From Fimbriosthenelais zetlandica (lineage: Eukaryota), in NCBI GenBank assembly GCA_977030845.1, contig OZ365111.1, positions 43,090,001 to 43,154,000 on the forward strand: 64,000 nt of DNA. The letters are read 5' to 3'. The first letter of the stretch is position 1. Each line of letters begins with the position of its first letter. The position numbers and the translations under genes were made by a program. Below, piece after piece: positions 30,301-45,300 of this stretch. A model generated the notes under the pieces. That model did no database searches. It was not told the DNA's origin and saw only the letters and a list, made by a program, of their open reading frames with translations.

Positions 30301-33300
30301 TCCCCGTGTGTATTGAATGTTTTCTCTAACTTCCAGGGGCATGTAGACGAGCTATGGGGACTGGCTGTTCATCCCAACCAGAACCAGTACGTGACTGCCG
30401 GCTCTGATAGAAACATCTACCTCTGGGACGCCCTCTCCCACACCGCCATCTGGGGACTAGAAAACACAGTAAGTCACTACCATGCATCAATGATCAAAGG
30501 CTTATATCACCAGCTTATTCACCTTACCATAGGGTTGGCAGTTCCATCCCAAAGCCCGCTAAAGCCCGACATGCACCAGCCCGATTTTCATCCCGATTTT
30601 CATCCCGATTTTGCGATCTTAACTGATCACAGGCGAACGGGAACACCAAAAAAGATCTGTTCCGATGATCGGGCTGGTGGATGCCAAAATCGTGTGATTG
30701 ATTTTTTAATGGTAAACCAATAGAGAAATGATCTGTAAGGATTTTATTTTGATCTTTGCCCATCACAAAAATCGGTCCCTTGAAAGATCGTACAGTGGAT
30801 GTCGGGCAATAATGACAAAAATATCTTTATACAAATTGTAAATTTAAAATGAAATGTAAAACAAAAAAAACATCTTCGATGCATATAAGTTAGGCTGTTT
30901 TTGATTATTTGATAAATTCTTCCCGACCGGCCTGGGCCTACTTTTGTTGGATTACACATTGAAATCCAACACTAACCTGTTCATTAGAGTGTTCGCCTTG
31001 AATGCGGGAGGTCCCTGGTTCAATTCCCGTAGAAGCATTCTCCAAATTTGCTATAGTCCATCTCACCCCCCAGTACTTCTAACTGAGATATTAGAGTTGA
31101 GAGGCCTGATTATATTGACTGACTGTGTATTTTTCCTGTATTTTAGGAGCCTGTCCACTGTGTGTGCTTCCATCCTGAGGGTAACGTTATAGTGGTGGGT
31201 ACTCAGACGGCACGCTGGATGGCAGTAGATCTGACCACCCGCGATACCATCAGCTCCCATACTGACGGTAATGAACAGATCGAGTGCGTCGCCTTCTCCC
31301 CAGGTAACATTCCCTCTTAAAGCGACTCTATCACCTTTTTAAAAACTAGTTCATTCTCTCTTAAAGCAACTCTGTCACCATTCTTAAAACTAGTTCATTC
31401 TCTCTTAAAGCGACTCTATCACCTTTCTTAAAATTAGTTCAACTCTGCTTCACTGCTGTCACCCCTTGTTCCTAGGTATCGTTTCTATGGAGGGTGCTAA
31501 ATGTCTTCTCATATGTTGTCCGCTTATGGACTTTGAACTCCATTTCGGCAAGGGAAAAATAAATAAATGTATATATATTTTGTTTGTAGATGGGAACTAC
31601 CTGGCGCTGGGATCTCGTGATAATTATATTTACGTCTACCAGGTCTCTGATTCAGGCCGCAAGTTCAGCCGTATAGGACGCTGCTCCGTAAGTATAGACT
31701 TTACTGGTTTAATGGAAAAAAAACACATTTGAAGAGAATTCATTATTTGCAGTTAGTATAATTATTTTATTTTTGTTGATATTTTAGGGTCATTCTAGCT
31801 TCGTGACTCACATAGACTGGTCAGCCGACAGCCAACTTATCCACAGCAACTCAGGCGATTACGAGAGTCTATTCTGTAAGTTATTCTTACATAAATTATT
31901 TATTATATTACCGTACTTGCCGGTGTATAACGCGCTCCGGACTATAACGCGCACCCCCCTACCTCTCAAGTAAAATCCATATATAGTGCGCACCGGTGTA
32001 TAACGCGCAATTTGTATACCGGTACCCGTTTCTCCCACCCCAGACAGTGTCCTCCCAGACACAATAGCCATCTCAAGGCAACATAGCTTTTCTGTATGGA
32101 CTAATTAGCCGACCACTAATCCGTGGACATAGTCGGCTGCCTCCCACCCTGCGTCCCTTTGAAGTCTGACAAGCATGGTCCCGCCGAACTTAGACCGAAT
32201 TTGGCAGTCACCATGTGAGAAAAATCCATATATAATGCGCTCCGGTGTATAACGCGCAGGCCCCGATTTTGGCCAATTACCAGGTCAAAAAGTTGCGCGT
32301 TATACACCGGCAAGTACGGTATTTAAAAATTCCCATATACTAATGCACAAATTAGTGAATGCTTAATACATTTATTTTCTCCATATTTCAGGGACAGCTG
32401 CAACTTGTCGTCAAGTGACGTCACCTTCCTCTCTACGTGACGTAGAATGGGCCACGCACAGCTGTACTCTAGGTTTTGATGTCTGTGGTAAGTAAAAAAT
32501 ATTTTTAAAAAAAAAGAAAGAATAATTTACTTCCTGTTTTTCCCAGATGTGTCCACGCCCCCTTCTTACTTTGATATCTCTTTTTTTCTGAATATAATTA
32601 AATAGTCCTTATAGATATCATTGAAATCAATTAAAATCAGTTGTTGAATGATTAAAATTAAGACCCTCTGATTTACCCTTATTATTTAGTTTAATATAAT
32701 TGTGAATTTTTAATAAATTATCTTCATTCATCCATGATTATTTGTTACTTCTTCATGCAGGAATCTTATTAATATTTCTGTATTAATTATCCTACTTTGA
32801 AAGGTACTAATAAATGTAAGTACAGGCCTATATTTGAGCCGCCATGGTCAGTGGTTATTACATACATTGATGTCAGATGTCACTAGTATTTATGTCACTT
32901 TGTCATGGTAACCTATCAGCTTTGGTCAAGCTTTTCTGAAAAAGGAGTCCAAGGTTAAGTGTTTTTGAAATGGGAGCCCAAGGCCAGTTTTTGAAATGGG
33001 GCCCCGAGGCCAAGCATTTCTATAATGGTGGTCCAATATTAAATGTTTCTGAAATGGAGGTCCATTAGGTCCCAAGTCGTTGAGAAGGGAAATCTACTCA
33101 AGACTATCCTGTTAGAATATTTATATAGTTGGTCTATTTGATGTTGTCCGCCATTTCCTTGTTGTGATAGAATACTCAGGACTTGTGTCAGAAAATCGTT
33201 TAGATGTTACCATAGCAATATTTCACTGCTTTGAAATTTCTTTTCCAGAACAATGCCTCTTCTTGATAATGTTTCAAAATATTCCTCACAAAATTTATTT

Positions 33301-36300
33301 TTGAATTCATTAGGAATGAGATAAATACAACACTCAAAGTTTATAGACACCATCGCATATCGATTTGGTTTCCTCACTTGTTTTGTACCAGACAAATTGC
33401 ATAATATTTATCACTTAATTTCACCCTTTCCAATTCGTCGCATAAATAAGTAAATTTCGTAAAACTTTCCTGAACTTTATTCTTCAGATAAATTAAGTGT
33501 TATGTAACGGTCACTTTATCTTCTAATTACAAATGATGTTTCGAAGTACCCAGCCATGTCTCCCGTTGTCTGTGATGAGAGGCATGTAAAAGCTTAGCCA
33601 TGTCTCCCACTATATATGTGGTGGGAGCCAATGTAAAAGAACCATTGATGGTCAATGGAAACAGCACGTTTCCTATTTGAGTTGGAGCAGCAAATTGTTC
33701 TCACCCTGACATAGTTGAAATACTGGAAGTTAATTAAGTTAATTCTCCCTCACTCACCCACCCCCTCACTCACTCATTCACTCACTCTTTTACTCTAGGT
33801 ATATGGCCTGAAGGGGCAGACGGTACCGACGTGAACGCCTGCGCTCGATCTAACAACCGGACACTAGTGGCGACCGGGGACGACTTTGGCAAAGTCAACC
33901 TCTACATGTATCCCTGTAACCAACCCAAGGTAAGGCTATATTTTATTATCTCTAATTACTGCCATGATCCTTCCCCCGCCAGTGCTGCTAACTGCGATAT
34001 CAAAGCCATCCATGTCTCCCACTGTCTGTGGTCAGATGCATGTGAAAGGCCATTTATGTCTTCCATTGTCTGTTGAGAGGCATGTAAAAGGCTTGCCATG
34101 TCTCCCACGTCTTCGGTGAGAGGCATGTAAAAGGTCAGCCTTGTCTCTCAATGGGCAACCATTTCGGATAAGAAAATCCGTTGAGAAATACTATTTGCTG
34201 GACATAGATTGACCATCTCTGTATCCAGTGGCGCTTGTAATATACCGAGTAGCTCCGAGCTTCTCGTTCTCCTCTCCAGGCGGCGACACTGCGTCTTATT
34301 AAGCCCCGCCCATCCGCGTCCCTCCACATCGATACATTATCCTACATTATCCTCCACCCTCACCCTGAGAGCTGCTCACCATGGTAGGGGACCGGGAGCA
34401 GCACCATCACCACCACTCACACACAATCCATGCATCCTCTCACACACCGTCACAAACCCCCCATCTAGTGAACCCCTACTCCTTTTATAGGTCACCTTGG
34501 TTGTCCTTCACTCTCTCCCGTCTCTCCCGGCAGCTAAACCGGGAAGCTAAATGTCACTCCTTGTCATCACTATGATTACTCTAGTGAAAACAGTGAATGT
34601 AATACTGATATTATGATATTTTCTTATCAGATCTTGTCATGGATATTATTCATTTTAATAAGAACAAGCGATAAAATAGTCGATGTGACCATGAAAAATA
34701 TTTAGAGATAATAATGTCCATAGCTTTCCCTTGACAAGATTCATACAAATATTATGATACAATGATTGCAAGAAAATCGGCAGGGATATCCCCCAATGCC
34801 TTGTTTCCTATTTGCCCGTCTTTTAAATCACATACTTTTCTTTCTGCATTGAATGGAAACATGTCATATTTCAGAAAATATCACCCGAGTTTTTGAGTAG
34901 CCATTTCTGTGGAGCAGCCATTTTTGTGTTTGGGCTTTATTTTGGGAGATGGTGCTGGGCTTATTTTTGGATATTGATTTTTCTCTGAGCTGTGTTTTGT
35001 AGAGAACATGTCCGTGCGTGAGGTGAATTGTTATTATAACAGGCCTGGCGAGTGTACTATGGGAGGGGAACAGCTACTCTAATTAAACTGTGTGCACCTC
35101 CCATCTTGGTAGAGAGCCAGTAAAATGCTCCCATTAATTTATCCCTGGGGGTTCTCCACTCTGTGTTCATTCTTCCTGATGAACAATGTTCAATTGGCCG
35201 AGCAATTTGCCCCAATGATCCTCAATATTTCTTTGAAATAAGTTCACATGGACAATTTGTGCAGCTGTCCAGTTATTTTCCAAGAATTAATGTTTTCATG
35301 AATATTATTGATGTCATGTCGCATATATACACAATGGAGTCTCGCTTATTAAATATCTCGCGATTTAGCGACCTTCTCACTATTTGACCACATAATGTTA
35401 GGTACTAAAAAGAGACCCTTTCAAGTTATGGCCAAAATAAGTCCATTCCCCTGGGTAGTCGCATTATGAGAATCTACTGTATTTACATCCAATTATAAGC
35501 TTCACTACTACTTGGTATTAGGCGATTTAGTGGCAGTGAATATGAATATGTAAATCATAGGTAAATGACATTACAAATAGACATATTCTTCACACATAAT
35601 TTACTCTATGTAAACGGCCAATCTCAGCGGTAACTGTGAACCCTAATCCTCACCACAGCGCTTCCCATTTCATCTGGTAATTGCCTGTGTATATTTGCAT
35701 GCCATTCCGCTGTGTGACGACGTATATATGTAGTTAGGTATGGGTGCGAGTTGTAGTGCTGTTAAATGAACAGAATATGAGTCTACGATATAACGTATTG
35801 AATGGAACTGCTTATTCCCTCACTCCTGAATCCATAGAACAGCCCTCGTCCCCATGACATGAATGGAGCCATGCACAGCTCCCTCGCCCATTCCCTCAGT
35901 CACCATTCGTTCCCATGACAGGACGGGAGTCACAGCTCCCTTGTTCATTCCCTTACTCCTTGTATTGGGTGGGATGGTACTTTAACTATACATGTAGTTA
36001 ATTTTTTTTATTGATAAGTTCCTACAGTTTTTTAATTTATAGGCCCATAAAATAAGCATCAATATTTGTCATAACCTCTATTTTCTAACCTTGGGGTGTG
36101 GGCCATGGACCCATTGTTAGATTGGAGGACCTACTCCGAGCAGCACTAGAGGGTTGTCAACCATGAAATGTAGTATACGGAAAAGGGGTGTGGCTCCTCT
36201 TCCTGCTCAGGCCTGCTCTGACCTGCTCCAAGCACCCTGATATCCCATACCTCACCCAGGATACATCTTTTACTGACCTCTCTACCACAGATATAGATTT

Positions 36301-39300
36301 TCTACCTCTGGCCCAGTCTTTACCATACACCAGTTCAATACAACAATATTTAGGTGCAATACAAGTAAAGAGTGCAATAATATGAGGCGTATGCCATTGG
36401 TCCAATGATACATGTTTAGAAGTGGATATTTCAAGATGTTTACTAAATACAGAAATGTCATTGTTCCATTCAAATTAATTACATGTACAGTATTTAATAT
36501 GAGTTTTATTTCGATTCTGTGACTGCTTTCTTCCTTGACCCTCAATTTTCCTGGAATTACTATATTGAGATTTTTTGTTGGTATTGAGATTGAAAGGCAA
36601 GGAAAGGTGGAAAGAAAGAAAGGAAGGACGAAAAAGAAAGAAAGAGAGAGAAAACTCGTCTTCAATCTATTATCTTAGTTCGAATGTACATGCAATTTAC
36701 ATAAAAAAGAGGATCCTTTTATGTACAGTGCTTAATTGATTGCTGTAGGTAAAACAATCCAGGCTTTTTCATTATTTCATTAGCACCTCTCACTTGATTG
36801 AATACCTGCTCCTGCTTCATTCCCTCGCCTTTATTTCCCTGATAGCCCTTTATAAAAGATAACAGTATATAGACAGTGAGGCCTCTTCCGTCCACAGAGT
36901 GTTGGTATAATAATAGAGGTGCTGGTCTATAGAAGGCGAGCTATCAACTTGATTAATGGACTTGGTGGATAGAGCCGTGAGGCTATATCTTACCCTGGAG
37001 GGAGTCATCAACCATAGAACAATAACATAAGATGATCTCTTAAAGGGATACTATCACTGATTGAGAGCGTGATCAATGATAGACAATACATGTAATGATC
37101 TCTTAAAGTGGCACTTTGACTGATTGGGAGTCATAAACCATAGCCTAAGATGGTCTCTTAAAGGGGTACTATCACTCTCATTGATCAGTATTGCCATGAG
37201 CAAAAAGCTTCCCACTTAGGATTGCTCTATCTACGTTTGACCTTTCCAGATGTCAAATGTTTCAATATTTGAATTGGGGGTCATCAGGTCTTAGAGTTTA
37301 TTCAGTAGTTCCATAGTTCAGGCAAGATTCAAAATTTGAATGGGCCATCAGGTCTTACAGTGTACTTAGCTCCATAATTCAAATAAGACCCAAAAGTTCA
37401 ATCGGGAACCATTAGGTCTTAGAGTGTGCGGCACTCCTTAATGGTTCCACAAAAATGTTCTGTTGAGGACGAGAGTTGAGATGATAATTGTAAATGAATT
37501 GTGAAGACCTTTAATAAAGGTCATGTTTATGTGCTCCTCAAACGCTGATTGGTCGCATTAAAAATAATGAAGGATAAAAACATTTCATGAGGTATTAAAC
37601 ATGCACATGTCATGCCATTATAGAAAGCAGATGCTTTTTATATACCCATTCCTATCTGCAATAACATCAGTTTTTTCCATCTCTTATCAGAAATAGAGAA
37701 AGATATTTTTTGAAGTAAGATCCATGGATGAAAAATATATATGCGAGACACATTGGGATTTGTCGACATCGTTTTACCGGTTCATTGTCATTGGAAACTC
37801 ATTATTTTATGATTTACTGCGACAGAGATGATGCTTATATCACAATAAAATTAACAAATTACGGCATAATCATCACCTTTGTTGCAGTAGTATCGCAAAC
37901 AAAATCGCAGTAGTGGAGACTGGCTTAATTTAGCTCTGATACTAAGAAATGACTGTAGATCTGTATTGGTGAGTCCTCTATATATGTCTGACCTTTACCC
38001 GCGTTACCGATATACAATTTATCTGCCGAATGCCCGGATTTGATTTCCCAGGAAAACATATCTTAGGGAAGGTGTTCATCACTACAGTCTGTCCAAACTA
38101 AATTGGACCGAAACCCCAGTACATTTCTATGGTGGTTTCGGTGCAACTTAGTTTGGACAGACTATAGAGATTGAAGCATATAAATTATCTTATAGGCACA
38201 GGGGAATGGGTTCAGCAATCATCTATAGACAAACAAAATGATTTGCCTTGCAACCACTTGCAACCACTTTCGGCTTTCTGATTTTACAATGGGCTACCAC
38301 ATTTTTGCTAATAAATCAGTTGACCAAGCCCCTGAACAATCAAATTATTGGGTCGGGCAACCATACATTTTTTTTTAATAGAAAATCAGTTGCCAAAGCT
38401 CACGAATAACCAATATTTTGATCGTGGCAGCTGAGCTTTTTTTTGCGGCTCTCTGGCAAGCTGATTTTCTGTGGTGTTTCTCTGACTAATTAAGCTATAT
38501 AGGAGTTATTGTACCCTCGGATGTGATGTAAGATATTTGTCCTCCATATGAAGGCCTTGTCACTAGGTGTTGGTTCCCCCACCCCTCACCCTGTGGTCGA
38601 GGCTAACATCTCAAGGTCACATTGTCTCTACACCAGCCTTTGTATCTAATCCATGCCTGTCTCGGCCGTTCTCACACTAACGTATGGTCTCCTCTCAACC
38701 GATTTCTAAAGCGATACCAAACGATTTAACACACACCACGCCGCCCTCCCCGAATATACTCATTGGACATTTGGCTCCGAATCCTCCACCCCACTCCACT
38801 CCCCAAATAAAGACACTTTATAATCATTTTTGTATGTTAGAGTATTAATGGCTAATGTGACATAGGCTCTTTGTACGGTATCTATTAGCTGCGGGGTAGA
38901 GAGTGGCATCTGATGACACTCCGATGCCTAGAACATGAATCTATAATAAACCTGGGTGTGGCTAGCTTCCTCTCTCTCTCAACTGACGTCTACCTGAATT
39001 CAGGAATACCGGAATACCCAAAATATAACTCCAATAAATATTTGGGGAAATACATAAATTTTAAGTCAATAATTTTTAACCATGCATAATTTCCAAATTC
39101 ACTCTTCTGCTCTTCCTTCCATTCTTCCTTATTCCTCATCTTCTCTTCCACTGAATTCTATCCCCACAGACAACACCCTTCACTATTTTGTTAAAAGATT
39201 TTTTAAAGTTTCACATTTCCTTCATCTAATATTAATATTAAACATGAACCCATACCACAACAGATTTATTCGGAAATGAAATGATTCATCCTTGATCATC

Positions 39301-42300
39301 CATTGATGCAGGAACGTTTGCAATGAAATAATGAGTAAATAGTTAAGGATGTCCTTACTTATGTAAGATATTGTATACTGATCTATCTGTAATCTATATA
39401 ACCAGTAATACAGCGTCCTTGTCGATGTTAGCTTGTACATTCTGTTCTGTGATTGTATGTATATTAACCGGAGGGAGTATCAGTCTATTGATTAGTATTA
39501 GCCATTACGTCGATATCCTCTATACCCCAGGCCTGCCCTCAATGTATCTATTACGTATTGAACATGCCACATACCTTTACCTTCCTCTCTCCTTAGCAGA
39601 TTGTGGCTATAGTTTCTTCCGCAAGCTATATTTCTTATATACCTTCCCAAATATGCCAGAGATAATAAAAATAATAAAGTCTTTAACATAAATCTTTCAG
39701 AATTCCCCATTGAAAAATATTTTTTACAGTTTGATTTTAGTACAAGATTTTTTAGCTATATTCAGACCTTTTTTGGTACATTTTGTCACAATTGTTTTGC
39801 TCCTGTCTTTTCATCTTTCATCTTCCTGTCCCTGGGAGATATAAAGTCGTTCTGTCCTTGGTGAGGTGGTTTTCCACCATCACAGATATTGAACCACGCC
39901 TGACATTGTCTGACAAGGACGTACCAGTCAGCTAACGATTAACGATCCCTTTTAGGGTGGATTGGATAGCAGTCCAGGGGCCAGGGGTTGGGGGGGGGGG
40001 GGAATGGGATCTCACTAACACCTCCCTCCCCCCCATCCCTTCCCACTCCCCACATACGTAGGTTTTAAAAAACGATTAACAAACCCCTACTCTTCAGCTC
40101 ATAAAGTAGGATTTTTGAAAAATTGTTGCAAATATTTTTCAAGGAGGCCGGGGGTTGTTAACCGCACAAACATTACCCCCCCCCCCCCCCAATCATGGAT
40201 CAGCCACCAATGCAGTCTGTCCAGACGGGCCTCTGGAATGAATGCCTTCTTGCTTTACCTGGGAAATTTAATTATTACTTTCCTATTGACTGAGCAGTGG
40301 CAGCTAGATAGAGCCCTGGATATTCTATCCCCACGGGATCGCTTTTCAACACCACAGTGTCTTGGTTATATCTGCTGGGAAATAGAATTTCTATTTGGAA
40401 GAGGCGATAAAAATATAGCTGCCACCGGGAGCTGCCAATATAACTACCTCGACAGGGTATAATATATAGAACACTACAGATGCTATACCTTCAGTGGAAT
40501 CTCACTATTACACTCACTAATGGTTCCAATGGTTTTTAAATTAATACAGTGGACTCTCGCTAAAATGCCACCACCCCTGGGCATGGTCGCTTTAGTGAGG
40601 ATGTCTTAAAAGCTTTAATCATTGAATCATGTATACAATTCCTCACAACCTTTCTTCTCCGAAGAAGTATTTTTCATCTGCCTTTTTAAATTGAAGGAAT
40701 ATATTTTCTCTCTTACTGGGAATAGTTGACTGTAGTGAGGCAGCCTTGAATTGAATGGAAACATAACCAATTGTGGGCCTGTTGGTGGTCGAGTCGATGC
40801 TTTGTGCCTTAAATCGGAGTGGGCGGCTTTGTCTTGATTAGATTTGTACCTGATTACTTCACTGTAGTTGGCCGACTACACGTGAAGGTGCCCTTCCTAT
40901 AGCAGGACCCCACAGGGCCATCTTCTCTATACAATATAATATATACTGTCTGTATCATGTATTGTGCACCCTCGGTTATTATTCTTATTTAATTAGTTCC
41001 ATATGATATATTAATAAATATATGATTACCATTAATGATAAAAAATGATATGTATCATTTGGCCCCAACTGAATGCATTTTTCTCTCGGCCATATTCAAA
41101 GAACGGAACATAGAAAATCAATTATTATAAGCCACCCGCATTGGTCAAATTGTTAAACCAATGGTTTATTGTAGAAATAAAGTGCAAATCCATAAAGTGC
41201 AAAGCTAGGAATATAATTTAATATTCCTCATTTTTAAAATGTAATATTCCTTATTCTACTCATCAGGTCAGATTTTTCCTTATTCTTAAAATTAAATATT
41301 CTACTGATCAGGTGCAGATGTATACCCCCACCCCCGGCTCAATTTTCAGTACCATAAATCTGAAAACATCCGTCGTTACCCATTGATTGAGAATGAAGTG
41401 AGAGTATTTAGTAGTGTGTAGGGGAGGGTTATCAGCCCCATTCCTATCCTTTATCACTGATAAGATGTCTCTTTAGGGAGGAGTATAAAGATAACCGTGC
41501 TGTAGGGGGTTGTCTGGTCCGATTTCTCAACCTTACTGCCTCCTGCTCACCACTGAAGGAAGATAAAAAACAGCCAAGGGGATAACAAAAGCTTCGATTA
41601 ACAATCTGTTATATTGCCAGGAACCAGAGCATAGCTTATGAGTGAAATCAAAGCATGGATTATGATTCTAAGCCAGCTCCGAGTTCGACTTGGCTTATGA
41701 AACATTAAGTGAATCAATATGACCCTCCAAGTAGGGATTGCTGTAGAGCATTTACAGACAATAAACCTGGAGATATAAGTAGAGGACCAGGGAACAAAAG
41801 GCTCCATGTAAGCCATATATAAAATACATAGTTCATTATAGAGCTCCATACATGAAAGGTGCAGGGTGTAGGCCAAGTACCATACATTGCCTTGCCCTGA
41901 TCAATAGCAAGTTGCTACTGGGCTTGCAGAGCCAGTGTTTCAAAACGATGCAGCTATCGTTACATTCAAAGATGAACTGCCTGTCTATTAATATGGCAGT
42001 GTTCATTGATTTATATAAAGGAGCAGGTTGGATATGATCCAAATGACCATGAAATCGGAGCTCGCCTCTGATTTCTAAATGCTACCAGAGTTCAGATTCC
42101 TAATGCATTGGTACATTAGTACATTGGTATCAATCAACTTAATCTTAAAGACATATCCAAAGGTCAGATCATTTTAACGGCATTATTTTTAAGTATTTCA
42201 TTTGAAATAATATAGTCTCAAAGATTTTTAGAAAGTTACTTTAGATTATTGAATGGATAGATCATATAAAATATTAGGATTATAGAAAGGCTATTCGGTG

Positions 42301-45300
42301 ACTATTTATGTAAAAGAAATATCCTTTGATTGGCGAAAAACTCTCTGTACCAGCCAAGATCAATTGAGAGGCGTAAAAGTTAGTGTATAAAGCAATAGGC
42401 AATGATCAGTAGAGTTGTGGTGTTGGAGGGTGTGTGAAAACTTGGCGTTACCTTTAGTTAGTTAGTACACTGCCTTTTGAAGGTAGACCAAACAAACAAG
42501 ACTGAAGGTCAGTTGTGGAGGACTTGGCTGGACAGACCAATCCACAAGCCAATCCCAAAGCCATCAACTCCCCAGCCAAATCCCTCAAACAAAAAAACAA
42601 TATATCCCTGACTCCAGCTTACACCATAGGTGTTATAATCATTGCTGATATTTTAAACTGTTGGCCCTCAATGAATCTATTACATTCTGAGTGAATTCCA
42701 GGGATTGTTTTGCCTTGGGGTTTTTATTATAAAGCCTGTACTCCACTGCTCTGATTTTGCTTGCGACACTACTGCGACAAACATGATGTTTGTTTTGCAA
42801 TGAAAAATATACCAGTGGAGGACGGTCTTTAGGCCTTGGGCACTTGGGCCACAATTTATTAATTTTATTGCGACATAAGTATCACGTTTGTCGCAGTAGT
42901 GCGCCAAGCAAAATCACAGCAGTGGAGTACAGGCTTTATGATAAAAAAAACCCAAGGCAAAACAATGCCAGGAATTCCCTCAGAGTGAAGTAGATTCAGC
43001 AGTGGAGTACAGGCTTAAGTGTGAGATATTCTGCTCAAAAAAAGATAAGTACATTTGTATCTCTAATGCGACCGTCCTTGAACTACAGTGATTTCTTACT
43101 AAAATATTACAACCACCCTTGGGGCTGACCTTTTGGAATGGTCACTTTATTGAGTATTAGGGCGTTGTACAACTATATACTAAACCATTGTTGTACAATA
43201 CAACTTAGTATAAGAGAAACTTCGACCATTTTATAGGTCAGATATAGTTGATGGTCGCTTTATTGAGATGGTTATGTAACGAGGATCCACTGTATTGCGG
43301 AAGCCAGTGTAATATCACATTGCAGATCCTTCTTTAACCCTCGTCCCAGGCTGTGAAGGTCGTACGAGCCATAACCAGAGATGCTGCTGCTGCTGCCTCC
43401 TCCTCAGTCCCACCACCCACTTCCTCTTCCTTCTCCCCATCTCAATTTTGCCCCGCTTCCATGCAACCATCTGCCTCCCTCCATCCTGCAGCCAACCCAT
43501 CACCACTGTACAAGCCCCACTCTTACCACCACCAGCCACGAAAACAGCTTTCCATATGTATGAAGCAACTGGAAATATCCAAGGTATTATTTCCAGGACG
43601 GATAGCAGAGATATACCACCATGAGTTTGGCCCGAGGCCTGAACAGGGATGAGGAGGGGGATACATGCTCAGATATAGCCGAGTGTGCCTTGTTATTTGT
43701 GACTAGCTTTGAATGTAAATAGGTTCTTGTTTCTGAGGCTGTTTTCCTCATTTAATGTTCCAAATAGAACATGTTCAATGTATGATTCTAGTCAGAATGC
43801 AGCTCACAAATATAGTGGACCACCGATTCCATGAATGGGAAGCTTACAAAAATATAATCACAGAAGCATTTATGTTTCAAAAATCTTCCCATTTTCCCCT
43901 GATCATTTTCTAATAAAATATCCCTGAGCAGATTGGTAATTTAGATCGAACTGGTCTGCCCTATTATGATATCAAAACTGCCTAAGGATTAAACAGCTAT
44001 TAGTTGATTAAATGTCTGTTGGTTGATTAAATAGTTAGCTGAGGTCTGAGCACGGTCTTGGTTGTACAGGACCTGTGTTAGCAGCATCCATTCTACAGCT
44101 GCTGCCTCGCTCAATGGCTGCATCTAAACTGCCCCATTCATTACTGCAGGGCCTTACAGAACAGCAGCCTGCCTTTGAAAAGACTCAAGACTTGACTGTA
44201 AACAGCCCAGCCATTTCTTTATTTTTCAATAGAATTTTAAGTGTTAGTTCCCTGATAAATTATTGTCATACACTGTGTCCTAAGATTTGCTTTATAGCGA
44301 ATTAGATACTATATATTGAGATGTTTAAATGTTTGATGCCCAATTATTGAAAATATTTTCAATCAGATTTATTAGCAAGGACATTGGATTTGTCCCCTTC
44401 TTATAAATTGTCAGTCGCTGAGGTCCCTGCATTATGTAGTCAATAGAGGATGGGAAACACGTACTTCAAAGGCTTGAGCCTAGTTGGAGGAATAGGGGAT
44501 AGTCCAGGGCTTTCCTGCCCATGTAATGAAATAGGCAGAGCTGTGAAGCTTAAAATGCCTGGAGGAATGATGTGAGCTTACTGCCCAACATCCAGACCAG
44601 GAAAGCAGTGATGTGGACGGAAGATGTAGTCAGCCTAAAACCATCCCCTTCACCACATACACCTTTCTTTCTTGAGCAGGGTTCCCACTGGTCTGGGGAA
44701 GTCAAGAAAACACTTTATAGGGCCAGGAACATGTTTGGAAACAAGGCCGATGATGTGGCCCATCAAACACTTCCAGAATAACTTTATAGTCTTATGAATA
44801 TATAGTTTAATGGAGGAGATGAATTATTAACTAATGAGCAAAATCATGTTGATAGGAGATTTTAACCTAGATGAACATAGTAAACGTAAGGACATAGGTT
44901 TTTTCTCTCGAAATATATTACCTGAATTAGATGTTGGTCTGGGGCTCACTTTAGGTGAAAAACCGTGCTTGGGAGTTCGAAGAGGGGATTTGGTTTGAAA
45001 GAGAAAAATCATGACCTTGGTGGGATTCGAACCCATGTTCTTGTACTACTCTAAATGGCACCTTAACACATTTAGGCCACCAAATCTGCTATAAGAACAC
45101 GGGTGTATATAAACGTTATACAAGTAAGGGAGTTAGAATAAATAAGCAGTTGGAAAAAAAGCGAAAACGCGGAACATGGCAGGAATCGAAGCTAGTTTGA
45201 CATGCCCCTCGTATTGAGAGTTCATCTCTTTAACCATTCGGCCACTGACTGCTTGGATCTGTTGGTGTTCAACAAATTGTGGTACATGAGAAGCGACGGT

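Noticed and set aside
44075-44305. ORF weakly resembling an L2/CR1 LINE C-terminus (SKLPHSL...AFEK)
   Set aside because: Similarity is too weak by eye to call; at most a decayed remnant.
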